From Pseudomonadota bacterium (lineage in GTDB: Bacteria > Bdellovibrionota > Bacteriovoracia > Bacteriovoracales > Bacteriovoracaceae): DNA of 64,000 nt. A program made the translations under genes and the position numbers. Location: contig JAIYDC010000133.1 in the NCBI GenBank assembly GCA_027487685.1, positions 73,325-137,324 of the forward strand, in the 5' to 3' direction. A model generated the notes under the pieces. It was not told the DNA's origin, did not search any database, and saw nothing but the letters and a program-made list of their open reading frames with translations. The first letter of the stretch is position 1; each line of letters starts with the position of its first letter. Shown one piece after another: positions 41,139 to 51,966 of this stretch.

Positions 41139-41283
41139 AATTCTCCAATCAGTTACTGTGTCTTAATTCATTCTAGTGATCCCAAATAATTCCTGTCAAA
41201 ATCATTTCCAATCCACTAACTCCTCGCGTTTTAAATGCAATTTCGAAGAAATAGTCTTATACTAATCTTTTAGAAGAGAATTA

Positions 41284-44200
41284 ATGGAATATACGAATAA
41301 TACACATTCGATCAGTCAGCTCCTTGAGAACCAGTTTCAACCTGCGGTCGTCTTTCAGGGACGAAAGATGGTGGACCAGGGACGCGTCTCCCTCTCTTTT
41401 ACAAAAGGGTCCTTCGAGACCTATTTCATCGTTTCTGGTATTGTCGCTGAGAACAATACGAACTACGAAGCGAAGGTGAGCTTTAAGCGGGTCGATGAGG
41501 CCGAGAAACTCACGACCCAGTGTAGCTGCGTTCATCCGCAACCCTGCCACCACGCCGCGAGCCTTCTGATGAAGTTTTCCGAGCTCCAGGAAAAGCAAGA
41601 AGAAGTCCGCGGTCGGCCCATATCGCTGAGCCTTCTTTCTCAGGAAGGTGTCCACGTCGAGCGCTATGGGATGCTCATCAAAGGGGCCCCGCAGATCACC
41701 GGAGCACGCAGCAGTTCAACTTTTGGTTCCCTCCAGTACACCCTGACGAACCGCAAAGTTATCAACTTCCCGGCCCCGACTCGCTGGTCAGGGAAGCTCT
41801 TGATCAACCTCGTTCGCGCCTCCGAGTTTGAAGAGTACCGTGACGTCATCTACGTTGATGAGAAGTTTACCTATCAGTTCAGCTGGCAGGACGGCGATAC
41901 GGTAACGAAGGAAGTTTCACTCTTTGACGTGCTCTACCTTTTTAACTGGCAAACCGGTGAAGCCCTTGACCAGCCGAATGAGCTCCGGGAGCTCGTGGCC
42001 AAACTCAAGCACTCCGATACACTCGGGGATATCCATGACTTTATCCGGATCTTTCTTCCCCTAAAGAACACGGGGTTTGCGGACCTACTGATCGAGGGTG
42101 AGCCATGGGATAGCTTCCCAGTGGAAGACATGTGCTACCGATTCTCGATTAATCCGTCCGCGCGCAAGACCTTCCTGAACCTCGAACTCGAGCTCTTCAC
42201 CCAGGACCAAAAACTTGTCCCGATGCCGTCTCCGTTTCTTCTCTTTGTGAGTGAACAGGGATGGGCCGGCAGCTTTAGAACAAAAAATGATGCCCTTATT
42301 TTCTTTAAGACGCTAATCGAAGACTTCGACCGGGAAACTTTCTTCCATAAGAAGTACCTTCATTCTGCCGGCAAGAAGACCCTCATGAACGAATGGATCT
42401 CGCTCGTAATGAAGGACGATGAGCTGCCATTCTTCGATCCCACGTTCCGAAAAGTATTCATGCTCTCTCCACGAGTCTTCCGCCGGGTCTTCATGGCCTT
42501 CCTGGATAGCTTTGGTGACCTCGGCTTCAAGACGTCTTTCTACTTTAAAGATGACCGCAAGATTGTGTTTCAGATCCCAAAGAACGTCCTTCTCGAAGGA
42601 GTTTCTAAATTCTACCGCGAACTCACCCCGCTGCAGATCCCGATCTTCTACGACCAGGAACAGATCCGGACGTGGAAGAGCACGATCCGCTTTGAGCGCA
42701 ACAAGGATAAGCTCGACTGGTTCCAGCTTGACTTGATTGTGAACGATGACGACCTCGACGTGATCAAAAACGCCGAGATCACCGACAACTTCATCCTTTC
42801 AAGCAAAGGTCTAGTCCTACTCTCTGACGAACAGAAGGATCTTCTGCGCTTTATGAAGCGCTACACGAAGTTCGAAGGCGAACGTAAAGAGGTCGGTAAA
42901 GGGCTCTCGCGCTTTGGTCTCTTCCTCCAGCGCTCGCGCATCTTTGAGCTCTTTGAACTCAAGCGCCTTGGGATTGAGGGTGCACTGACACCTGAAGAGG
43001 AAGACTTCTGTGATCGGATCATGACCATGAAGGACATGCCCCAGTACGACGTTGATTCACGTTACGATGAAATCGCTCGGCCCTACCAGCGCGCGGGTTA
43101 CAATTGGCTGCGGTTTTTATATGAACACAAGTTCGGCGCCTGCCTTGCCGATGACATGGGTCTCGGTAAGACGCTCCAAACGATCATGCTCCTTCAGACA
43201 CTGAAAGCGACGGCGAAGAGGATCCTGATCATTTGCCCGGTGAGCATCCTCCACAACTGGAGAAACGAGCTGGAGAAGTTCTCCGACCTCACCTACTCCA
43301 TCTACTACGGCGACGAGCGCGAGCTCAACAATGATGCCCAGGTGATGCTCACCTCTTATGGACTGATGAAGAAGGAATCATTCTCCACTTTAGGCGAAAT
43401 CGAGTTCGACATCCTGATCTTCGACGAAGTTCAGCACTTAAAGAACGTGCGCTCCCTCGGAGCGAATGCAGCACGCCAGCTCAAGGCCAAGTTCCGCATC
43501 TGCCTCACCGGTACGCCAGTGGAAAACGACCTCTCAGAGTTTTATAACATCATGGACCTCTGCGTACCTGGCGTCTGGGGCGACCTCGGGGTCATACGCT
43601 CAACGTCCAAGAATCGCAACCGCCTCCTGGCCCGTAGAACAGTGAAGCCGTTCATCCTGAGGCGAACGAAGGACCAGGTTTTAAAAGAGCTTCCTGAGAA
43701 GATCGAAAACCATGTATTCCTCGATTTCACTGACGAGGAGAGAGAGACCTATAAGCAGAAACTCAATGCCGTCCGCGCCAACATGATTGCTCCCGGGGCC
43801 AAGCGCTACGGGGAAGTCCTGAAGTCGCTCCTTGAGATGCGCCAGCTCTGCCTCTGGCAAAAGCAGCCGCAGCTTCAGTCCACTAAGATTGATTTTTTGA
43901 TGGAGAACCTCGAGCAGCTCGTTACCGAGGGACACAAGACCCTGGTCTTCTCCCAGTTTACGACCTACCTCGATCTCATCGAAAACAAGATCAAAGTCAA
44001 TGGCTGGAAGGTCGCGCGTATCGATGGCTCGCAGACAATCAAGAAACGCACAGAGATGGTGGAGTACTTCCAAAACGGTGATGCCCAGGTGTTTCTCATC
44101 TCCCTCAAGGCAGGTGGCTTTGGTCTAAACCTCACGGCCGCGAGTTATATCTTCCTGATGGATCCTTGGTGGAACCCAGCTGTAGAGCGGCAGGCGATCG

Positions 44201-44394
44201 ACCGGGCCCATCGTATCGGCCAGGAGAATAAGCTCACCGTCTACCGTCCGATCATTAAAGACTCCGTCGAGGAAAAAGTCCTGGTCCTCCAGCAGAGCAA
44301 GCGGGAGCTCTTCCGCGACCTCATGGCCGAGGACGACGATGAGTACTTTAGCGGTAAGCTTTCGATGGAGGACTTCCAGCACCTACTTAGTTAG
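41284..44394 (+). CDS. SWIM zinc-finger SNF2-family helicase
   Basis: CSC..PCHH SWIM; ADDMGLGKTLQ, DEVQHLKN, LTGTPVENDL, SLKAGGFGLNLT, DPWWNPAVERQAIDRAHRIGQ. Confidence 0.93.
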   Translation: MEYTNNTHSISQLLENQFQPAVVFQGRKMVDQGRVSLSFTKGSFETYFIVSGIVAENNTNYEAKVSFKRVDEAEKLTTQCSCVHPQPCHHAASLLMKFSELQEKQEEVRGRPISLSLLSQEGVHVERYGMLIKGAPQITGARSSSTFGSLQYTLTNRKVINFPAPTRWSGKLLINLVRASEFEEYRDVIYVDEKFTYQFSWQDGDTVTKEVSLFDVLYLFNWQTGEALDQPNELRELVAKLKHSDTLGDIHDFIRIFLPLKNTGFADLLIEGEPWDSFPVEDMCYRFSINPSARKTFLNLELELFTQDQKLVPMPSPFLLFVSEQGWAGSFRTKNDALIFFKTLIEDFDRETFFHKKYLHSAGKKTLMNEWISLVMKDDELPFFDPTFRKVFMLSPRVFRRVFMAFLDSFGDLGFKTSFYFKDDRKIVFQIPKNVLLEGVSKFYRELTPLQIPIFYDQEQIRTWKSTIRFERNKDKLDWFQLDLIVNDDDLDVIKNAEITDNFILSSKGLVLLSDEQKDLLRFMKRYTKFEGERKEVGKGLSRFGLFLQRSRIFELFELKRLGIEGALTPEEEDFCDRIMTMKDMPQYDVDSRYDEIARPYQRAGYNWLRFLYEHKFGACLADDMGLGKTLQTIMLLQTLKATAKRILIICPVSILHNWRNELEKFSDLTYSIYYGDERELNNDAQVMLTSYGLMKKESFSTLGEIEFDILIFDEVQHLKNVRSLGANAARQLKAKFRICLTGTPVENDLSEFYNIMDLCVPGVWGDLGVIRSTSKNRNRLLARRTVKPFILRRTKDQVLKELPEKIENHVFLDFTDEERETYKQKLNAVRANMIAPGAKRYGEVLKSLLEMRQLCLWQKQPQLQSTKIDFLMENLEQLVTEGHKTLVFSQFTTYLDLIENKIKVNGWKVARIDGSQTIKKRTEMVEYFQNGDAQVFLISLKAGGFGLNLTAASYIFLMDPWWNPAVERQAIDRAHRIGQENKLTVYRPIIKDSVEEKVLVLQQSKRELFRDLMAEDDDEYFSGKLSMEDFQHLLS

Positions 44395-44429
44395 TCCACT
44401 GGGAAGCAAATAGTCTTTACGGAATCTCG

Positions 44430-45248
44430 GTGCCATTGGAAAATAGGGTCAACAAGGACTGGGCCCATTGCATGAGAAATCACCCCACTGAAATTTTCAA
44501 TAAGATCCCCGATCTCAATTACAACGAAGAGCTGAGCGAGGTTGCTCCCCAAGAGTTTGATAAGCTCGTGAGAAATCGCCGCTCGGTCCGCGTTTACAGT
44601 AACGAACGAGTGCCACCTGAAGTCGTGGAGCAGGTGCTTGACTGGGGTCTTTTGGCACCCAACTCCTCTAACCTTCAGCCCTGGGAATTTTACTGGATAA
44701 AAGATCCAAAGAAAAAATCCCAGGTCGTGGAGGCTTGCTTTAATCAACCGGCAGCGAAAACCGCGCAGGAAATCATCATCTGCGTAGCGAGGATTGACCA
44801 CTGGCGGGAGCGCCGGAAGGAAATGCTCGAGACCTTCGAGAAGAGCGAGAAAATCCCGGCCTCGGCGCGGGCCTACTACGAAAAACTGGTACCACTCGTG
44901 TATACCCAGGGACCCTTGAGTCTCTTCGGCTACACCAAGCGCCTCGCGACGTCCGTCATCGGCCTCTTTAGACCGGTTCCCCGAGAACCAACGTCGCGCT
45001 CAGATATGCGGGTTTGGGCCGTCAAGTCTACCGCCCTTGCCTGTCAAAATATCATGATGGGGTTTTCGGCCTTCGGATTTGACACCTGCCCGATGGAGGG
45101 ACTCGATTCCCGCAGAGTGAAACGGATTTTAGGCGTTGGCCGGAATGCTGAGATCGTCATGGCGATCAGCGTGGGGAAACGTGACCAGAAAGGCGTTTAT
45201 GGGCCAAGGGTACGGATGGCCAAAGAAAAATTCATCAAGATCATTTGA
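44430..45248 (+). CDS. Nitroreductase family protein
   Basis: RRSVR, APNSSNLQPWEF, ACQNIM, DTCPMEG; start uncertain. Confidence 0.88.
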   Translation: MPLENRVNKDWAHCMRNHPTEIFNKIPDLNYNEELSEVAPQEFDKLVRNRRSVRVYSNERVPPEVVEQVLDWGLLAPNSSNLQPWEFYWIKDPKKKSQVVEACFNQPAAKTAQEIIICVARIDHWRERRKEMLETFEKSEKIPASARAYYEKLVPLVYTQGPLSLFGYTKRLATSVIGLFRPVPREPTSRSDMRVWAVKSTALACQNIMMGFSAFGFDTCPMEGLDSRRVKRILGVGRNAEIVMAISVGKRDQKGVYGPRVRMAKEKFIKII

Positions 45249-45257
45249 GGATTACCC

Positions 45258-46262
45258 ATGAAAATCACTTTATCATTAGCTTTCGCTCTGATCACAACTG
45301 TCGCCGCTAGTGCGGGCTATAAGCACGAGAAGGTCTTTCAAGACAGTGGAGTGATCTGGGGCTTCGACTTTCTTTCTGAAGGAACAATGATCCTCACTTC
45401 CCGTGACGGTCGACTCCAAACCTTTGACATTAAGGCGAAGAAGGCCCAACTCATCACCGGTGTTCCTGCTGTCTATGAAGTGGGTCAAGGTGGACTCCTC
45501 GATGTCAGAGTCCATCCGAAGAACGGCCACATTTACATTTCCTATTCAGAACCAAAAGGTGGAGATCGTTCGGCCACAGCTCTGGCGAGATTCAAGCTCA
45601 TCGATGGGAAAGTGGTGGATTTGAAAAAAATCTTCGAAGCGAACACCAGAAGTTCCCCCGTCCACTACGGATCTCGGATTGAATTCTTAGGCGATAAAGT
45701 CTTCCTCTCTTCCGGAGAGCGCGGTGACCGAGCCGCGGTTCAGGACACCAAAACCTTCGTCGGAAAGATCGTTCGCATGAACGAAGACGGTTCAGAGGCT
45801 GAGGTGTGGTGCCGAGGTCTCCGGAATCCTCAGGGCCTTGTTCTTAGACCCGGAACGACGGAGCTCTGGGAAGCGGAATTTGGGCCTCAGGGAGGAGACG
45901 AAGTAAATGTGATTAAAGAAGGAGCGAATTACGGCTGGCCCGTGGTCACCTTCGGCGAGGAGTACGGTGGCGGAAAGATTGGTGAGGCAAAGTCTAAACC
46001 GGGCATTGAGGCCCCCTTTATGTACTGGGTTCCGTCGATCTCTCCTTCGGCCCTCACCTTCTGGCGCGGAGATCTTTGGCTCGCAACTCTTTCTGGTGAG
46101 CACCTCCGCCAAGTGGTGCTTAAGGGCAACAAGGTCATAGCACAAGAAGTCCATTTAAAAGAACTAGGCCAACGCTTCCGGAATGTGCGTCCAGGCCCAG
46201 ATGGCGCCCTTTGGTTTTCCACAGACGAAGGAACTCTAGGGCGACTCTTAACCAATAAATAG
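45258..46262 (+). CDS. PQQ-dependent sugar dehydrogenase (YliI-like)
   Basis: Signal peptide; GQGGLLDV, HYGSRI, GLRNPQGL, GGDEVN, GANYGWP, SISPS, GPDGAL. Confidence 0.9.
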   Translation: MKITLSLAFALITTVAASAGYKHEKVFQDSGVIWGFDFLSEGTMILTSRDGRLQTFDIKAKKAQLITGVPAVYEVGQGGLLDVRVHPKNGHIYISYSEPKGGDRSATALARFKLIDGKVVDLKKIFEANTRSSPVHYGSRIEFLGDKVFLSSGERGDRAAVQDTKTFVGKIVRMNEDGSEAEVWCRGLRNPQGLVLRPGTTELWEAEFGPQGGDEVNVIKEGANYGWPVVTFGEEYGGGKIGEAKSKPGIEAPFMYWVPSISPSALTFWRGDLWLATLSGEHLRQVVLKGNKVIAQEVHLKELGQRFRNVRPGPDGALWFSTDEGTLGRLLTNK

Positions 46263-47276
46263 CTAAGGCCCGATCGTCGCTAACACCCGTTTGATGGCAA
46301 TCTCTTCAGAGCATTTAAAGTGACCTAGGGGACAACTTTTGTGCCCGTGAAGACCGCAAGGTCTGCAGTTCAAGGAATCGCCGACGTCGATGACGACAGA
46401 GTCTTCAGCGAGGGGCGTGTAACCGAAGCCAGGTATGGTCGAGCAGAAAATCGCCGTAGTCTTGGCGTTCACGCAACTGGCGAGATGGAGTGGGGCCGAG
46501 TCATTGACGAAGACTCGCCGAGCATCTTTCATCAAGGCCGCAGAATCGAGGAGGTTCAAAGCACCGCAAAGGTTCTCTGTGTTCGGAAGCTGCGCTCGAA
46601 TGCGGTCGCAGAGGTCCCGGTCAGCAGCAGCTCCGATGAAGTAGACTTTCGCAAGCTTTGCTAATTCTTGGGTGAGCTCACGGTACTTCCCTTCACTCCA
46701 GGCCTTAGTGAACCAGACAGAGGCAGGAGCGATGACAAAATAGGGTTCTGTTTTATAGGGCGCCACTTTCTCAAAGTGTTTAGCCTTCAGCGGTAACTCC
46801 GGCCGGTAATTCTTTGAGTTGTCCACAACCGGGTGGCCCGGGATGAGCTCCAGATTCCGCTGAACCTCGTGCCAACCGCGAGGATCAGGAATCTGGTGGT
46901 TTATCCGACGGGAGAAGAAAAGCGCCATCGGGTTTTGGGCGAAGCCAATTTTCTCCGGTGCTCGAACTAAGGCAGTCACGAGACCAGAATTAAAATGCCG
47001 GTGGAGGTTGAAGACGAGGTCGAAGTCAATTTTCCGAAGTTCACCAATGAGTCGCAGGAGATTTCGAGTTTTTCCACCCTGTTTATCCCACACCCAGGTT
47101 TTCTCCACCGTCGGGAGTCCTTCGATCACCGACTCGTTCCCTTTTCTCAGAAAAAAATGGATCTTCGAGTTGGGATAGAACTCACTGACAGCGCGTGCAA
47201 ACTGGCTCGCAAGGATGGTATCCCCAATGAAGGCCGTCTGGATGATGAGAATTGTTTTAGACGATGTGGCAGTCAT
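46263..47276 (-). CDS. Glycosyltransferase family 9 (heptosyltransferase-like)
   Basis: AFIGDTIL, APASVWFTKAW, VNDSAPLHLA, CRPCGLHG. Confidence 0.9.
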   Translation of the reverse strand: MTATSSKTILIIQTAFIGDTILASQFARAVSEFYPNSKIHFFLRKGNESVIEGLPTVEKTWVWDKQGGKTRNLLRLIGELRKIDFDLVFNLHRHFNSGLVTALVRAPEKIGFAQNPMALFFSRRINHQIPDPRGWHEVQRNLELIPGHPVVDNSKNYRPELPLKAKHFEKVAPYKTEPYFVIAPASVWFTKAWSEGKYRELTQELAKLAKVYFIGAAADRDLCDRIRAQLPNTENLCGALNLLDSAALMKDARRVFVNDSAPLHLASCVNAKTTAIFCSTIPGFGYTPLAEDSVVIDVGDSLNCRPCGLHGHKSCPLGHFKCSEEIAIKRVLATIGP

Positions 47277-47301
47277 ACGATAAGCTCATTCTAGAAAACT
47301 T

Positions 47302-48090
47302 ATGCAGAAAATCACAGCTATAATTCCCACCTTTAATGAGGCCGTGAACATCAAGGCCGCCATCGAATCGGTCCTTTGGTGCGATGAGATCATTGTCGTG
47401 GATTCCTTTTCAACCGATGGAACGGTTGCAATTGCGAAGGAATTTCCTCAGGTGCGGGTCCTTGAGCACGAGTACGAGCACTCAGCGGCCCAGAAGAACT
47501 GGACGATACCGCAGGCGTCTCATCCGTGGGTCTTTCTCCTGGACGCCGATGAGCGTCCTACTCCGGAGCTCGTCCATGAAGTCCAAGAGATCGTCCGGAG
47601 TGGAACGAAGTATTCCGGTTTCTGGATTTACCGGCGCAACAACTTCATGGGAAAGCGAATCGACTACTCGGGCTGGCAATCAGACAAGGTCATCCGGCTC
47701 TTTAAGCGGGACGAATGCCGTTATCAGAATAAACACGTCCACGCTGAGGTCGAAGCGAGCGGTGAGATCGGTGTTTTAAAACACAAACTCATTCACTACA
47801 CCTACAAGGACCTAACGTCTTATCTGAAGAAGGCCGACCGCTACACCACGTGGGGAGCTATCGACCGCTATAATAAGTTTAATCAGCGCGGTCGTCGCAT
47901 CGGTCTCCCCTACCTCTTCTTTCGTCCTCTTGGTCGTTTTGTGCGGCACTACATCTGGCGCCTAGGATTCCTCGACGGAACTCATGGATTCGTGGTTTCT
48001 GGGCTAGCTGCGTATAATGTGTTTATTCGGGCCGTTAAAATCTGGCGGCTTCAGAACGGCGAGAAGATTGAAGATCCGTTTAAAAAATAA
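47302..48090 (+). CDS. Glycosyltransferase family 2 (WaaE/KdtX-like)
   Basis: IPTFNE, VVDSFSTDGT, LLDADE, RLFKR, VHAEV, LGFLDG. Confidence 0.9.
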   Translation: MQKITAIIPTFNEAVNIKAAIESVLWCDEIIVVDSFSTDGTVAIAKEFPQVRVLEHEYEHSAAQKNWTIPQASHPWVFLLDADERPTPELVHEVQEIVRSGTKYSGFWIYRRNNFMGKRIDYSGWQSDKVIRLFKRDECRYQNKHVHAEVEASGEIGVLKHKLIHYTYKDLTSYLKKADRYTTWGAIDRYNKFNQRGRRIGLPYLFFRPLGRFVRHYIWRLGFLDGTHGFVVSGLAAYNVFIRAVKIWRLQNGEKIEDPFKK

Positions 48091-48268
48091 GTCTTAAGAA
48101 GTCCTGGAAGAAAAAGCAGAACAAGGTCACTTTCGTGCCGAGTAAGACAAATGTTGCGAGCTGAGCGGCGTTTTTCATACGGGCGCATTATCCACACTTT
48201 CGAGATTGCTGTGGTTAAAAAAGACGGAAGCTGGTAATAATTACCAAAAAAACCGGGGGCCTAAGCAG

Positions 48269-48754
48269 ATGAAACTTCAAGAGCATATTGATTCAACCGA
48301 TCTCGACATGACGGAAATGCAGGTCAAGGCTTTCTTCCTAGGCGTTTTATGTGCAGAAAAGCCTCTGCCCTTTCCTCGGGCCCTTGAAGAAATCCTCTCT
48401 GAATCCCCGAGTGCCCGGGAAGTTCTCGAGGCCCCTCTGAGATTGGAGTGGGATAAGCTCACGAAGAATCTTAAACGTGAACTCCTTGATATCTTTCCTC
48501 AAGAACCAGACACCCGGGCCTGGATCGACCTCGCTAAAGATCAATTAGATTTTTTCCTGACGGCCATGAGCCTCGCGGGAACAAACCTCGAGACCTGCAG
48601 CGATGAAGAGCTCGCTGGATTTATTGATGAGCTCGAAGATACGGTCGAGGACATGGATGACTTTCTTTCTGACTCGGAAGCTTCCCTAGAGGATGGGGAA
48701 GACTTTAAAGAGTTTCTGCTTGATGCGTGGAAAGAATTCGCGGAAACTAAATAG
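48269..48754 (+). CDS. Acidic hypothetical protein, UPF0149-like
   Basis: QVKAFFLGVLCA resemblance only; start trimmed to ATG 48269. Confidence 0.45.
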   Translation: MKLQEHIDSTDLDMTEMQVKAFFLGVLCAEKPLPFPRALEEILSESPSAREVLEAPLRLEWDKLTKNLKRELLDIFPQEPDTRAWIDLAKDQLDFFLTAMSLAGTNLETCSDEELAGFIDELEDTVEDMDDFLSDSEASLEDGEDFKEFLLDAWKEFAETK

Positions 48755-48786
48755 ATAGCACCGCGATTTTTTCCTGTAGAGCAACC

Positions 48787-49557
48787 ATGCGACTTTTATT
48801 ATTTCTCTTGGCCATATTCGCATTTCCTGCGATGGCCCGTGAATTCGTGACAGAAAGGCCTGATAAGGCGAGGGCGGCCTACACCCTCGACCGTGGTCGC
48901 TTCGCCATCGAGTCAGAATTCGTCAACTACTCAGTTCAAAGTGAAGATCAGATGAACACCATGACCTTCGGAGGACTTTTTTTCCGATACGGTCTCACGA
49001 CGGACCTAGAGGTTCAGGTCAACACGAATTCTTTTGTGCGCGAGTCGCTTAAGAAAGATGATCGGCGGGAAAGGGCCAAGGGTCTTGGCAATACTGAGCT
49101 CGCTCTTAAGTACAATATCCTGGGTAACGACGAAGGGGACTGGGCCCTGGCTGTTATACCCTACGGTTTCGCTCCGAGTGCCAGCGGCGGGGTTTGGGAT
49201 GAGCGGTGGGAAGGGGGTCTCGCACTTGCGACAGAAGTCAGGGTTCATGGGGATTGGATTATGGGGTTTACCATCGAGCCTAACAATGTCCGGAAAGACC
49301 GGGACCTGGATTGGCAAACAAGCCTCATCACGTCTCTTTCCCTCTCGCATCCGATTTTCCTGAACCGACTTCATGGCTTCATTGAAATCTTTCACGACGA
49401 GGAAAGAAACGAGGAAGAACCGGAAATTACCACACTGGATCTGGCGTTGCAGTATGAGGTCTCAAAAAATGTTCGGTTTGATATAGGAACTTTTGTGGGC
49501 CTTAATCCTGACGCGAACGATCTTGAGTCCTTCGCCGGTGCCTCGTACCTCTTCTAG
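48787..49557 (+). CDS. Outer-membrane transporter-like beta-barrel (MetA-pathway/DUF family)
   Basis: Signal peptide; FVTERPD, RYGLT, GLGNTELALKY, C-terminal GASYLF. Confidence 0.7.
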   Translation: MRLLLFLLAIFAFPAMAREFVTERPDKARAAYTLDRGRFAIESEFVNYSVQSEDQMNTMTFGGLFFRYGLTTDLEVQVNTNSFVRESLKKDDRRERAKGLGNTELALKYNILGNDEGDWALAVIPYGFAPSASGGVWDERWEGGLALATEVRVHGDWIMGFTIEPNNVRKDRDLDWQTSLITSLSLSHPIFLNRLHGFIEIFHDEERNEEEPEITTLDLALQYEVSKNVRFDIGTFVGLNPDANDLESFAGASYLF

Positions 49558-50261
49558 GCGATGAGATTGAGGATCTTTTCTCGGTAAGAAAACTTAAAGT
49601 CCGGGTGCTCAAGAGCGAAGATTTTTAGGCCCTGATTCCGAAGTTTACATGCCGGGCACTTCAGACAGCCTTCTTTACCGATTCCTTCGTAGCACGTCAC
49701 GGTGGTCTCCAGGAGATACTCGAGCACTCCTAAACTGTGACCAAGCTCCATGGTCTCTTTTTTTGTCATCGAGACCAAAGGTGTTCGAATCTCAAAGCTT
49801 GGGTTAGCGAAGTCTAGGCGGAGAGAACTTTGAATCAAATCCATATAGGAACGGGAGCAGTCACGGTAGCCAGAGTTGGCCGCTTCGAGTTCTAAGACTC
49901 CCATATAGATGCAGTGAGCGCCGAGGGAGTCGGCGTGAATACCAGCAACTCGTGCCATGAGTCCGTTTCTTCCCGTTACGAGGGTGTTGGGCACCTTTCC
50001 AGCGAGATGTTCGATCGCTTTATCTTTGCCGATGAGTGCTGATTCCGTAATTTGAGAAAGGCAACTCAGGTCGAGTTCGACGTGGTCAACGCCAAAGTGT
50101 TGCGAAATTTCCTGTGCTCGGTGGAGCTCTATTGAGTGTCGCTGGTTGTAAGTAAACGAGACCGACAGGACGGCCGGTGCACCGAACTCCCGGACGGCGA
50201 GTGCAAGGCAAAGGCTCGAATCCATTCCACCAGAATGCACGACAACGGCGTTTTTTTTCAT
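49554..50261 (-). CDS. queC: 7-cyano-7-deazaguanine synthase
   Basis: VVHSGGMDSS, FTYNQRH, YRDCS, TPLV..TK, CYEG..GCLKCPACKLR; TAATG overlap with galE. Confidence 0.92.
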   Translation of the reverse strand: MKKNAVVVHSGGMDSSLCLALAVREFGAPAVLSVSFTYNQRHSIELHRAQEISQHFGVDHVELDLSCLSQITESALIGKDKAIEHLAGKVPNTLVTGRNGLMARVAGIHADSLGAHCIYMGVLELEAANSGYRDCSRSYMDLIQSSLRLDFANPSFEIRTPLVSMTKKETMELGHSLGVLEYLLETTVTCYEGIGKEGCLKCPACKLRNQGLKIFALEHPDFKFSYREKILNLIA

Positions 50262-51235
50262 TAGTAAGGGCGTCGCTTTTCCCAATCATAGGCAGACTTA
50301 ATAATGACGTTCAGGTCATCAAATTTTGGTTTCCACCCGATGACGGCTTGGATCCGGTCTGCTTTTGAGGTGATGCTTGCTGGATCACCGGCCCGTCGCG
50401 GGGTATATTCGATCTTAATCTGAACTCCCGTAAGCTCTTTAACTCGATTAAGAACTTCATGGACCGAAAATCCATGTCCGTAGCCGCAGTTTAACACTTC
50501 CGACTTCCCTCCCCGATCAAGGTATTCGAGGGCCTTGACGTGGGCGTCCGCGAGGTCGCTCACGTGGATGTAGTCGCGCACACAGCTGCCGTCTGGTGTT
50601 GGGTAGTCTGTGCCGAAAACGCTAATGGAGGTTCGTTTGCCGCAAGCCGTTTCACAAGCAACCTTGATCAAGTGGGTCGCTTTCGGGAACGACTGTCCGA
50701 TCTTGCCCTCAGGATCAGCGCCTGAGACATTAAAGTACCGGAGTGCTACGTAGCGGAAGTCTGAAGCTTGGGAAAAGTCCCGGAGCATGTGCTCCGTCAT
50801 AAGCTTAGAATGGCCATAAGGATTGATGGGGGCCAGCTCAGAATCCTCGCGGCAAATACCATCTTTCGGCATGCCGTAAACCGCGGCGGTAGAGGAGAAG
50901 ATAAACTTATGGACACGGTATTTCTTGCAGAGACCCAGGAGTGAGTGGGAATTGACAGTATTATTTTGGTAGTAGGTTAATGGGTCTGACACGCTATCCG
51001 GAACCACAATGCTCCCAGCGAAATGAAGGACAGCGTCGAACTTATGGGCAGCAAAAACTGCGTCAAGTTTCTCCCGATCAGAGACATCTCCGACAATCAG
51101 TTCACCAAAGGTCACGGCCTCTCGGTGTCCGGTAGAAAGGTTGTCGTAGATAATAAGAGAATGCCCAAGGGATCCCAATGCCTTAACGACATGAGATCCG
51201 ATATAGCCTGCTCCACCTGTTATGAGAATTTTCAT
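50261..51235 (-). CDS. galE: UDP-glucose 4-epimerase
   Basis: TGGAGYIGSH, HFAGSIVV, NPYGHSK, LRYFNV, DGSCVRDYIHV, RRAGDP. Confidence 0.95.
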   Translation of the reverse strand: MKILITGGAGYIGSHVVKALGSLGHSLIIYDNLSTGHREAVTFGELIVGDVSDREKLDAVFAAHKFDAVLHFAGSIVVPDSVSDPLTYYQNNTVNSHSLLGLCKKYRVHKFIFSSTAAVYGMPKDGICREDSELAPINPYGHSKLMTEHMLRDFSQASDFRYVALRYFNVSGADPEGKIGQSFPKATHLIKVACETACGKRTSISVFGTDYPTPDGSCVRDYIHVSDLADAHVKALEYLDRGGKSEVLNCGYGHGFSVHEVLNRVKELTGVQIKIEYTPRRAGDPASITSKADRIQAVIGWKPKFDDLNVIIKSAYDWEKRRPY

Positions 51236-51244
51236 GACCCCATT

Positions 51245-51901
51245 TTAGGAGATAGAAAGTCCTCCGTCTACATGCAGAACCTGGCCCGTGACCCATGAGG
51301 ATCGCGGGGATAGGAGGTAGAGCGCTGCCTCGGCTATATCCGCTGGAGTGCCGATGCGCTTCATGGGGTGCTTCTCAAGAGTCACTTCGAGGGCCTTCGC
51401 ATTACCGGTGATCTTCGCTGCCAAGGGGGTATCTACCAGAGAAGGGGCAACCGCGTTAACCCGAATCTTCGGGGCCCATTCCACCGCGAGGCTTCGAACC
51501 AGACCCTCTACAGCCCCCTTGGCCATGGCTATGGAGGTGTGGAAATTCATCCCTTTCTGGACAGCGACCGTGGAGAAAAGAACCACAGAGGCAGACTCGG
51601 ACTTCCGGAGCTTCGGGTAAAGCGCTTGGAGAATCCTGACTGCGGCGAAGGTATTGAGCTCCATATCGTGGGCAAAGTCCTCGGCCTTTAGGAGGTGAAA
51701 GGGTCTCAGGTTAATGGACCCAGGTGCGTAAACCACCCCGTCAATCACATCAGGCAAATCAGCTAGAGGTAGTGTATCTTTTAGGACGTCAAAATTCGTC
51801 GTCCTGGAGAAAGTAAAGAGGTTAGATTCTTGGGCAAGGCCTTCGGCGATATGCTGACCAATTCCATGAGAACTACCAATGATGACAATGTTGCGTTTCA
51901 T
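51245..51901 (-). CDS. SDR family oxidoreductase
   Basis: GSSHGIG, RVNAVAPSLVDTP, VTGQVLHVDGG; catalytic Tyr replaced (HTSIAMAK). Confidence 0.85.
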   Translation of the reverse strand: MKRNIVIIGSSHGIGQHIAEGLAQESNLFTFSRTTNFDVLKDTLPLADLPDVIDGVVYAPGSINLRPFHLLKAEDFAHDMELNTFAAVRILQALYPKLRKSESASVVLFSTVAVQKGMNFHTSIAMAKGAVEGLVRSLAVEWAPKIRVNAVAPSLVDTPLAAKITGNAKALEVTLEKHPMKRIGTPADIAEAALYLLSPRSSWVTGQVLHVDGGLSIS

Positions 51902-51966
51902 AACAAATCCTTTGTGGGATGATTATGGCACCTTTCCGAGAATCATGGGTAAGACAGGATTTCGAC

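Noticed and set aside
48137-48144. GCCGAGTA as a sigma28 -10
   Set aside because: No matching -35 at the required spacing.
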